Source: a virus
Lineage: Duplodnaviria > Caudoviricetes
Length of the DNA: 55,667 bases
IMG/VR virus record: IMGVR_UViG_3300023171_000315
Coordinates: 1 to 55,667 of that record
Strand: one strand, 5' to 3'
A program made the position numbers and the translations under genes. Below are positions 39,296-47,437 of this stretch, piece after piece. The notes under the pieces are model-generated. The model was given only the letters and a program-made list of their open reading frames with translations. It did not search any database and had not been told where the DNA came from. The first letter of the stretch is position 1. The number at the start of each line of letters is the position of its first letter.

Positions 39296-39655
39296 TTAAC
39301 CAACTAAATTGACAATTGCTTTAATTTGCTCGACCTTAGATTTATACAAAGAGTCAAATTCATAAAGCGAATCGAATGTTCTTCGAGCATAAATTATAGT
39401 ACTGTGATCGCGATTAAACATCTTGCCTATTTGTTTTAGTGTCATTTTGGGATTGGCGACACTGATTAAACCAATTGCAATTTGCCTGCCTTCGACTATA
39501 TCCCGCAATCTAGTACTTCCAATAAGGTCATGAATATTTAATTTCAGCACACTGCACACCACATCTATTATTTCGTTTGGTTCACCAATTTTGATCTTAT
39601 GCCTAGCATAATGTCTGGACTTATCATCAAGCCCTGCATAAATGTATGGTGTCAT
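39296..39655 (-). CDS. DnaA C-terminal-like HTH protein
   Basis: R.R.IV..RQIA...TL..IG..F.RDHSTII. Confidence 0.8.
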   Translation of the reverse strand: MTPYIYAGLDDKSRHYARHKIKIGEPNEIIDVVCSVLKLNIHDLIGSTRLRDIVEGRQIAIGLISVANPKMTLKQIGKMFNRDHSTIIYARRTFDSLYEFDSLYKSKVEQIKAIVNLVG

Positions 39656-39657
39656 AA

Positions 39658-40077
39658 TTATTTACATCCCACATTAGCCATTAGCTTAAACATTTCAATT
39701 TCGGCTTTTGCCAAATCTATAAGTTGTTTTACGCTATTGTTAACAGCAGCGGCCTGAGGAACAAAAGATTTATCCTTATTAACATTTCTTATATTTTCCA
39801 ACAAAATATTTTTTATTTCAACGCCAGTAGTTCCGACCATGGTACGTTTGCTTAACAAATGCAAACTACCGCCAGTATCATCGCTTTCAACTTGCTTAAA
39901 CAAAGGCAAAACTTCATCAATATCAGAAGTGAATATCACTACATCCGATACGTCAGTGGTTATTTTTAACTTGGCTTCTGACAATTCATACCGAATAACT
40001 CGGTGTTCTACTTTATTATAGCTGTAAACCTTTCCAATCATCGACTGCATTTGATTCTCAATTTCCTGTTTTTTCAT
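39658..40077 (-). CDS. Hypothetical protein
   Basis: ORF in the early/middle operon. Confidence 0.55.
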   Translation of the reverse strand: MKKQEIENQMQSMIGKVYSYNKVEHRVIRYELSEAKLKITTDVSDVVIFTSDIDEVLPLFKQVESDDTGGSLHLLSKRTMVGTTGVEIKNILLENIRNVNKDKSFVPQAAAVNNSVKQLIDLAKAEIEMFKLMANVGCK

Positions 40078-40951
40078 TTATTATTCGATTTAGTTTAAGT
40101 TGTTGACGTTTTATATCTAATAGTTCGGGATGATTAAGCAATTCCTTCTGTAATTCCTTATTTACTTTTTTGCTTTTCATCGCCATGTACATTGCTACCT
40201 TATTATCTGTTGGATTATCTGGGTCATTATTTCTTAATATATTTTCCTTTCTGGTAATGCATTCTAAATTATTTAATTCTACATTCAAAGAGTCACCATC
40301 TTTAAACCAAAGGCAATGATTCTTTGGGACTTTACCATTTTGTTGTTCCCATAAATATGTGTGAAGCGGAACCCAATTACCAATGCTCAGGCAGGTATAC
40401 TTGTAAGGATTACCTCCCCTTTTGGCATGGTCATACCTAATTGTAATTTTACCAACTTCATCATAACAGTTATGAGGCTTATTGCCTTTATTAAAACGGG
40501 TCGCTTTGGTTCGCTCAATAGCTTCAGCACTCATGTATTCTGATTGCTTTTTACCTTTATTGAAAGAGACATTACCCTTAGCTATACGGCTATTTTTTAT
40601 CCGTTGCTCAATAATTTCTCGGGGGACAACTAAGTTTAGCTGCCGCATTCTGGTCTTAACTTTCACCTCACTACATCCTAAAACGTCTGCTATCTGTTGT
40701 GGAGGAGTTGATAAATAATTTGCAGTTATGTAAGCATCGTCTTCGAGTGAGCAGCTAGTTCTTCTGGATGCTTTAGCAGCAGCAAATGATCGACTTATTG
40801 CATATGGTACAATTAGCCCGTTGCGTTTTTTATACCCACTTACACCACCTTCACCAATTCCAATCGCTATTGCAATATCTGAATTGCTTTGTTTTAGGTA
40901 ATAGGCTCGTATATACGTTTCCTGATCCGGTGTTAATTTTGTTTTTGCCAT
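40058..40951 (-). CDS. HNH endonuclease-domain protein
   Basis: H..LWEQ.NG.VP....L.FKDG...N....NLECI...EN. Confidence 0.75.
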   Translation of the reverse strand: MAKTKLTPDQETYIRAYYLKQSNSDIAIAIGIGEGGVSGYKKRNGLIVPYAISRSFAAAKASRRTSCSLEDDAYITANYLSTPPQQIADVLGCSEVKVKTRMRQLNLVVPREIIEQRIKNSRIAKGNVSFNKGKKQSEYMSAEAIERTKATRFNKGNKPHNCYDEVGKITIRYDHAKRGGNPYKYTCLSIGNWVPLHTYLWEQQNGKVPKNHCLWFKDGDSLNVELNNLECITRKENILRNNDPDNPTDNKVAMYMAMKSKKVNKELQKELLNHPELLDIKRQQLKLNRIINEKTGN

Positions 40952-42288
40952 TATGCTACAGCCTCCATTCTTTGCGTTTTATTTTGGCGAACTTTTACCG
41001 GTTTCAATCTGCGTTTGATCAAGTGCATATTTTTGTTAACCAAGTCAATAATCTCATTGTGGTGTTTGGTATCCTTATTTCCCTTACCTCGCGCTTGAAG
41101 GATGCGAAAATCTTTTAGAGACACTTCAACCGTTTCGGCAGGAATGCCATTAATTTTCGCGGATAAAACAAGCGAATCAGGTTTTGAGAAGTAATTATTT
41201 GTGAATACACAATGTCCATGTGCTTTGCCCTCTTCAAAAAACTCTTTAACGCTTTCTAGCACCTTAATGGATAAATCGCCAGTCCTAAGCATAATTCCAA
41301 AGAACATACCTTTATCTTTGATGTAATCAGAACTATCCATTTCTGCTTTTATTCGTTGTTTTTCAGCATTCTCTGCATCTCTGATTTCATTTTGTCTTCT
41401 TAAAATCTCTTGTTGCCGTTCCACGTGTTTGTTGTGTACTTGTTTGTAATTTTTAGCACATACATATTTTGGACTTAAAAGGTCTTTGCCAGCCTTTTCG
41501 ATAAGCTTCGTGTAGTCAAGCCATGTAATTCCATCAGTAATAATGAAGTTGTTACGGATAGCGATCTTTATGGAAGACCATCGGTCTCTTACTTCATAAG
41601 ATCGGTTACCTACTCGGCAAGAAAGTAAATCATATTGTTTTGCTTTGATTAATGTTTCAGAAATGCTATCATTTAACAACTTGATGAACAGATCGTACAG
41701 CACAATGTCTTTAACTTTCGTTGTAAACCCGTTACGTTTATAAATTGGCAAACATTTGTGCTGTGGATGTACAGCCGTAGTCCAGGGATAATAATTTGTT
41801 CCGCGATAACTCCTGTAACCACCACGTATTTCCATATCACCTGTGTAACTTTCATTACCCATAAATTGAACCCTCCCAACTATCGTAACTTCTGAATTAG
41901 GTTTAAACCATTGCTGCACGATTTCATAAGTGTTTTGATGTGCTTTTTCGCCAATTTTATGGTATGACCATATTTCAAAGTGCCTGATAACTTGGAATCC
42001 TCCACTGACATCAACTATAGCAAGCTTTTCGCGGTTTTGACTAAAAACCCGTTTTGTAGTATCAATAATCTCAAGCTTTATTTGGCATGATGGACATTTG
42101 CAAGTTTTAACTTTTTGAGCACCCTTCCAAATATGGCCACAATCAAGACATGCAATCTGTTTTTTAGTTCTATAGCCAACATGTTTTAGGCAATTTTTAT
42201 ACCCCCATAATTCTTACTTTTTGGTAATGTTAGGTAAAGCCTTGCTTAACCCGATTACCTCATGATCTAGTTTAGTCCTTGGCTTCAT
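40951..42288 (-). pseudogene. PcfJ-like protein with an in-frame TAA at codon 25
   Basis: ATG 42288 MKPRTKL...ITKK*ELWGY...CLDCG...CPSC continues without further stops into the 41919 ORF; EG....HCV motif; next to a PcfK-like gene. Confidence 0.75.
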
Positions 42289-42289
42289 A

Positions 42290-42655
42290 TTAGAAAAGTG
42301 ATGCTTGGTTAGCTACTAATGGTTTAGCTTTTTTGATAACCGGTAATGGTTTAGCTTCGTGTTTATCTTCCTTATTCTTTGATTTAGTTATCGAATGGTT
42401 AACTACAACTCGGCCATTTGATGGTTTAACATCTTTTATGTCATCTTCATCATAATAATGGACAGCCATTGCAAATATTTCTTCATCTGCAAAACCATTA
42501 CAGCCTGTTTTCTTAACCTCACTAAAAATATAGTTGATGCATTCATCGATACTTTTACCTGCCTTCTTCAGTGTTTCAGCAAATAGTGAATCAGATTTAC
42601 CGCGACTTTCGAGGTAATCACTTAAAATTTTTGCAAATGGTTTAGATGCTTTCAT
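42290..42655 (-). CDS. PcfK-like protein
   Basis: KSIDECINYI..EV...GCNGF.D.EIF.MAVHYYDE. Confidence 0.85.
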   Translation of the reverse strand: MKASKPFAKILSDYLESRGKSDSLFAETLKKAGKSIDECINYIFSEVKKTGCNGFADEEIFAMAVHYYDEDDIKDVKPSNGRVVVNHSITKSKNKEDKHEAKPLPVIKKAKPLVANQASLF

Positions 42656-42746
42656 CTTTGGTTTTAGTTTAATCCCTCAACTCACGGGTAGACTAAGTCC
42701 GCTTTAAAAGTTGAGGGATGGGTTTATATTTATGTTAATTGTTTTC

Positions 42747-43712
42747 CTATCCTGTGCAGTAGCCGCCGTGGCAGCCACCACATTGCATCTGAAATAAGTT
42801 TGTTTGTATTCCAATATCTCTGATATCTTTCATCGCCATCGTATGGTGAAAAGTTGATTTATCGTCTTTCATCATTTCAATCATTACCATTGAATTCATT
42901 GTTGCTGGTTGTGTTTCGAAATTTTGTCTTAATTGTTGCGGATGCTTCCAAAAACAGAATTGGCAATTACTATCTAATGGGAATTGGATATCCTTATCTC
43001 TCCAAAATCTTTGAACATCTGACTGAGTTATTCCGTCCTCTACAAGTGGGAATTCGCCAATTCTGAATGGAATCTCTGCCCACCTGTGACGATGTAGTAA
43101 ACTCCATCCATGATAGTAGTTTATCTCGCAATCTTCTGGCGTCACTTTACATTTCAGCAAAACCTTTTTCATGTTGCCTGGAACATCTTCGCCAATATTA
43201 TCATACACGAATTCACAGTGAGTAGAATACATGAAAGTGTCTTTAAAATTGTTTACTCGATGTGCTTCATCCGATCTGAATCCAACTCGCATCTTGCATG
43301 GTAAAGAATGATACATTAACAAATGCTCGAATATTGGCTTTATCTTAAATTCCGTAGTACACCATCTGTGGTGCTTATTTGGAAGTGTCTGCTTCGTTTC
43401 CACTAAACTCTGAAATCCTTTACCACGTAACCAAACTATTTCCCTCCCCGTCATTTGTTCTAAATCAAGCATGGTTTTGATAATCAACGGATCTTCTGCT
43501 GTACCCAAAAATTCCAACTGATGGCTACAATATTTTTGAAGCTTATCATTAACGATCTGCCTAACGTGGTTATCAATTTTGAAGGTTGTTGATCCCGCAT
43601 TTGCATTATGACTATCAATACACACCAATGCAAACAGAGAAACATCTGCAGGGTAATGCATTTCAAGAAATGAGCTCGTTTTACCACCAGAAAGACTATT
43701 TACTGTTATCAT
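42747..43712 (-). CDS. PAPS reductase-like (PP-loop) protein with Cys clusters
   Basis: SLSGGKTS, RWCTTEFK, GFRSDE, SNC.FC and a terminal CxxxxC motif. Confidence 0.75.
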   Translation of the reverse strand: MITVNSLSGGKTSSFLEMHYPADVSLFALVCIDSHNANAGSTTFKIDNHVRQIVNDKLQKYCSHQLEFLGTAEDPLIIKTMLDLEQMTGREIVWLRGKGFQSLVETKQTLPNKHHRWCTTEFKIKPIFEHLLMYHSLPCKMRVGFRSDEAHRVNNFKDTFMYSTHCEFVYDNIGEDVPGNMKKVLLKCKVTPEDCEINYYHGWSLLHRHRWAEIPFRIGEFPLVEDGITQSDVQRFWRDKDIQFPLDSNCQFCFWKHPQQLRQNFETQPATMNSMVMIEMMKDDKSTFHHTMAMKDIRDIGIQTNLFQMQCGGCHGGYCTG

Positions 43713-43752
43713 TGCACCTCAAAACCCCGCTATTCTCATAGCAGGGCGTTTA

Positions 43753-44049
43753 TTATGTAAACTCGTATCGTTCACCAACTTCAACTATTGTGGTTGTGAA
43801 GGGGAAATCATCGGCGCTCATTTGGGATACTATATCCATGAGCACTACGCTTCCGGTGAACACTAACCGAGGTTCGTTATTTAATAATATTGACAGATAA
43901 AGACATTTGCCTTTGCCTTCGTATTTTGAATCAACTATCTCGAATCCGTTAACAACGATCGGTTGATTGAATACTTTTTTAATTTTAATTTTTTCGCCTT
44001 CTCTTTTTTTGATTGATGGGCGGATGTTTAGGTCTTTAAAGTTTTTCAT
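43753..44049 (-). CDS. 98-aa beta-rich protein downstream of the DGR RT (candidate non-Avd accessory)
   Basis: Co-oriented, 26 nt after the RT; alternating beta pattern and FTGS...FPFTTTI, unlike helical Avd. Confidence 0.55.
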   Translation of the reverse strand: MKNFKDLNIRPSIKKREGEKIKIKKVFNQPIVVNGFEIVDSKYEGKGKCLYLSILLNNEPRLVFTGSVVLMDIVSQMSADDFPFTTTIVEVGERYEFT

Positions 44050-44075
44050 AATGGAGAGATTTAGATTTGCTTTTC

Positions 44076-45032
44076 CTATTCTTTTGGAGGGATAAGCTTT
44101 TTAATTAGATGTTTGGTATTAGCGTGTTTACACCAACCCAGATAAGATGCAAGTGAACTTCGGTTTATTCCTTTCGCTACCTTTCTGGCAAATTCACGTT
44201 TGATGGTTGGCCTTAATAATACATGAGTGTGGTAATGCTTATAGCCTACAAAGTCAACACTGCGAGAGGCTACAGGAAACACTTGCCAGTTTTCCTTAAC
44301 TGTTAAGTTTAATCGATTAGCTAGGTATGCCGTAATGCCATTAAGCGCCTTATGCAAGTAATTTTTATCATGATGCAGTATTACGATATCATCAGCGTAC
44401 CTGAAATAATATTTAACGGCCTTTTGCTCTTTGATCCAGTGATCGAAGTAGGCCAAATAAAAGTTGGCAAAGTATTGGCTTAAATAATTTCCGATCGGTA
44501 AACCTGGTGCACTGTCAATGATACCATCAAGAAGGGCAAGCAGCTCAGTATCTTTTATTTTCTTGCGCAATAAAACTTTAAGTATTGCATGATCGACATT
44601 CGGATAGAACTTCTTGATATCAAGTTTTAAGCAATAAGTAGTACCGACAACATCGCAAAGTGCCTCACGTAAAGCTCTGCTAGCTGCATGAATACCTTTG
44701 CCTTTAATGCAACTGTAAGTGTCCGTTGTAAATACAGATACAAACATTGTCTCTAGCAAATTCATGATAGCATGGTGAACAATTCGATCACGATATGGAA
44801 GGATCGATATTACGCGCTCTTTACGTTCGAAAATAGTCCGTGTCCTATAGGTGCCCGTTTTATAAGTACCCGTAATTAAATCACGATAGATATCGGCAAT
44901 ATTTTGATCGAAGTTCTTATCAAATTCAATAATCCCCGACTGTTTTGCTTTCCCCTTGCGTGCAAGCTTATCAGCTAAAAGCAAGTTGTCTATGCTGCAG
45001 ATGTTCTCAAATAAATTACCGATTCTTTTCAT
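44076..45032 (-). CDS. DGR reverse transcriptase
   Basis: RDRIVHHA, LKLDIKKFY, GLPIGNYLSQ (DGR-type SQ), RYADD; compact 318 aa with no maturase or endonuclease domain. Confidence 0.96.
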   Translation of the reverse strand: MKRIGNLFENICSIDNLLLADKLARKGKAKQSGIIEFDKNFDQNIADIYRDLITGTYKTGTYRTRTIFERKERVISILPYRDRIVHHAIMNLLETMFVSVFTTDTYSCIKGKGIHAASRALREALCDVVGTTYCLKLDIKKFYPNVDHAILKVLLRKKIKDTELLALLDGIIDSAPGLPIGNYLSQYFANFYLAYFDHWIKEQKAVKYYFRYADDIVILHHDKNYLHKALNGITAYLANRLNLTVKENWQVFPVASRSVDFVGYKHYHTHVLLRPTIKREFARKVAKGINRSSLASYLGWCKHANTKHLIKKLIPPKE

Positions 45033-45154
45033 ATTATTTACAGGCCGTTAAGCCTTTGCTTTGTAGGTCGTTTTCACTTTCGTTACCAACGCCCTTATAA
45101 GTAATTGTTATTTTTTGCCAAGAGGCAAGGTCTGTGCTGACAATATTTTTAGCA

Positions 45155-45229
45155 AATTTGGGAACTGACATTCGAGTTGTCGTTGTCGTAGTTGTAGTCG
45201 TTATACGAGAACCTAGAACCTGAACCAGC
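45155..45229 (-). repeat. DGR template repeat (TR)
   Basis: GCTGGTTCAGGTTCTAGGTTCTCGTATAACGACTACAACTACGACAACGACAACTCGAATGTCAGTTCCCAAATT; AAC-rich, intergenic, just upstream of the RT. Confidence 0.95.
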
Positions 45230-45253
45230 ACTCAGCACACCACCCTTAATTTT

Positions 45254-45628
45254 TTATTTCATAAAGCCTTTATACTCTTCCAGAAATGTTTTTCCTGCGA
45301 ATTTGGCTAGATCACGCGTTTTAAGAACAAGGCGGGAACCGACAGTCGAGCGGCCGCCGTCGTAGTTGCAGTCGTCATACGAGAACCCAGAACCCGAACC
45401 AGCCTTATCCCGCATATCAAACCAAGGATAATATTTATATTCATCCCAGTTATTCCAATCTGGAACCCAACCTTCGTTTAATACTCTGTTGATTCGAAGT
45501 ACTTTTGCAAAGCTATTGATAGCAATATCTTCTGGTGTAGTTGCATTTTGGATCGGCAATGAGGCCACTGGATCTACATTGTCAATTTTGCAGATGTCTT
45601 CGTAAGTTTTAATATTTTCTAAATTCAT
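45254..45628 (-). CDS. DGR target 1 (124 aa)
   Basis: KYYPWF...GSGSGFS-VR-VGSRL. Confidence 0.9.
   Translation of the reverse strand: MNLENIKTYEDICKIDNVDPVASLPIQNATTPEDIAINSFAKVLRINRVLNEGWVPDWNNWDEYKYYPWFDMRDKAGSGSGFSYDDCNYDGGRSTVGSRLVLKTRDLAKFAGKTFLEEYKGFMK
45329..45403 (-). repeat. DGR variable repeat VR1
   Basis: 75-nt ungapped match to TR with 14 mismatches, all at TR adenines. Confidence 0.95.
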
Positions 45629-45639
45629 GATATTATTGA

Positions 45640-46110
45640 TTAACCATTAATAAATTCGTTGTATTCGGCAGTAAAGGTTTTGCCAGCATATTCTGCCAAT
45701 GCTGATGTTTCAAGTAAAAGGCGGGAAACGACATCCGAGCGGACGTAGACGTAGGCGTAGACGAAAAACGAGAACCCAGAACCCGAACCAGCAGAATTGA
45801 ACCAAGGGTAGTACTTGTATACGCCCGCATCTTTATAGTCAAGATACTTACCGCCATTAAGCGCATAAACAATCATCTTGCATTTTTTGTAGCCAACTTC
45901 ATCAGGTGTGTCATTAGCTGTACGCTCTGCAAATTGTTCCGCTGTTTCGTTGTGAAATGCCAGTACATCAGCAAATGACTTGAATACATCCTGAGTTTTA
46001 AGGCCCAATTCTATTGGAGTGAAATTGGCCTTTAGTAAAACATCAAGGGCAGAGTTTTGACCTAACAAACCTTTAGCCTGGTCAATGTTTAATTCAATTG
46101 ATTTTTTCAT
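45640..46110 (-). CDS. DGR target 2 (156 aa, likely start MKKSIE)
   Basis: KYYPWF..AGSGSGFS-VR-VVSRL; paralogue of target 1. Confidence 0.9.
   Translation of the reverse strand: MKKSIELNIDQAKGLLGQNSALDVLLKANFTPIELGLKTQDVFKSFADVLAFHNETAEQFAERTANDTPDEVGYKKCKMIVYALNGGKYLDYKDAGVYKYYPWFNSAGSGSGFSFFVYAYVYVRSDVVSRLLLETSALAEYAGKTFTAEYNEFING
45718..45792 (-). repeat. DGR variable repeat VR2
   Basis: 75-nt match to TR with 18 mismatches at TR adenines and one G>T. Confidence 0.93.
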
Positions 46111-46190
46111 TTTATTATATGATTTAGTGAAATTTTGCACCTAAAAAGCCCGCTTATATCTAAGCAGGCTGAATATCAATTGCTATTGAT

Positions 46191-46559
46191 TTAAAATGGC
46201 AGATCATCATCGTCACCTGGAGAATTACTTACATCAGCTGGAGCAGCATAAGCTGGAGTATTGGTTGCTTGGGTTGCGCCTGCTAAAGCATTAAGTCTCC
46301 AAATCACCAGACTATTGAAATATGATGTTTTTCCTGTCTTATCAGTCCAAGGTCTACCTCTTAGATTGAAGAAAACCTCCACTTCATCGCCAACCTTTAA
46401 TGTGTCAAGAAGCGGGCATTTATCTTGCAACAATTCGAACCTGATGTATTCTGGATACGTTGGGTTTTCTGCGTATTCAACAATTAGATCACGTTTTTTG
46501 AAGGTTTCGCTAACCTGTTGGGTAGCACCTACCTCGTGTACTTTTCCTTTAATTTCCAT
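46191..46559 (-). CDS. DUF3127 family SSB-like protein
   Basis: FKKR..V......YP..I.F...QD...F...GR.W; acidic DDDDLPF tail. Confidence 0.85.
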   Translation of the reverse strand: MEIKGKVHEVGATQQVSETFKKRDLIVEYAENPTYPEYIRFELLQDKCPLLDTLKVGDEVEVFFNLRGRPWTDKTGKTSYFNSLVIWRLNALAGATQATNTPAYAAPADVSNSPGDDDDLPF

Positions 46560-46728
46560 ATTTATGTTTTGTGCCTGTTAGGCGGGGTTTAAATAAAAAA
46601 AATAGTTTTCCTCTTTTCCCTAAGCGCATCTCAACTCGCCTTCGGTATTCAGAGAAAAACTACTTTAAATGTCTTTCAGAGCCACTTTAATTGAGATGCT
46701 GTGGTGTTGATGTAAAGATATAAATTAT

Positions 46729-46753
46729 TATTCAATTTATGCAATATTGCATA
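46729..46753 (-). promoter_or_regulatory. Operator/promoter motif A, copy 4 (upstream of SSB and the DGR cassette)
   Basis: TATTCAATT-TATGCA-ATAT-TGCATA; minus-strand TATCTTTA at 46713-46720. Confidence 0.7.
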
Positions 46754-46760
46754 AATATTT

Positions 46761-46952
46761 TTAACGCAAATCCCATCTTTTCTCCATAATGGCCTCGTGA
46801 TTGATTTTAGGCTTAGGCAACCAATCCGATATACTATCCTCATGCTTCAGTTCGCCAGTGTGAGTATTGATAAAATACTTACCTGATTTGATGATGTACA
46901 TTGGCAATGATGCAAGGCGCGGGTCAGGTTTTGATTTACGTTTGGTTGCCAT
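46761..46952 (-). CDS. Hypothetical protein (start MATKRK)
   Basis: Short ORF after the upstream stop. Confidence 0.5.
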   Translation of the reverse strand: MATKRKSKPDPRLASLPMYIIKSGKYFINTHTGELKHEDSISDWLPKPKINHEAIMEKRWDLR

Positions 46953-46954
46953 TA

Positions 46955-47437
46955 TTACACTACCTCCTTTTCTTCGATTAAAATTCCGTATGCAATAGCC
47001 TGACGAACAAGCGGTAGCCATTGTAATGTTTTTGAAAAATAACCAGTGTGTTTACTTTCAGGCTTAACGCCTCTTTTCATCAAGAAAGACTGAATAAAAC
47101 CAGTACCGTATTCTTTCCGAATTCGCATTAGCAACAAATTTTCATCTTCGCTTACATTTGAATTCTTAAATTCTTCAGCAACATTTTGCGTATATTCTTT
47201 TTGCTCAGCGAAATAAGTATTCAATCTGACAGCTTTACCTTTCAATGATCCATTTATAATGCTGTTATGAATAAACGTGGCAAAGTTGTTCCAATTAGCT
47301 TGGATAAATTGATTAACATGATTATGATGCTTTGGTTTGAAGGTGGTGACATTTTTATACTGAAGATACTTGTTGATAGCATCTGCTGGATTCACTTCTT
47401 TCTGAAGCAGGCACATCCTTAGTCCGTAATCGTACAT
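46955..47437 (-). CDS. Hypothetical protein
   Basis: ORF in the early operon. Confidence 0.55.
   Translation of the reverse strand: MYDYGLRMCLLQKEVNPADAINKYLQYKNVTTFKPKHHNHVNQFIQANWNNFATFIHNSIINGSLKGKAVRLNTYFAEQKEYTQNVAEEFKNSNVSEDENLLLMRIRKEYGTGFIQSFLMKRGVKPESKHTGYFSKTLQWLPLVRQAIAYGILIEEKEVV

Noticed and set aside
44076-45032. RT as group II intron, retron or Abi RT
   Set aside because: Short RT with the SQ motif, no maturase domain, and adjacent TR/VR pairs with A-specific mismatches.
45034-45231. 65-aa ORF with a poly-Thr run, and similar ORFs at 45633-45872 and 27556-27888
   Set aside because: These are shifted-frame readings of the TR and VRs; their mutual similarity comes from the DNA repeat.
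45280-45330. GC-rich cruciform hairpin downstream of the VRs as in BPP-1
   Set aside because: Only weak 6-bp stems follow VR2 and VR3, and none is convincing after VR1.
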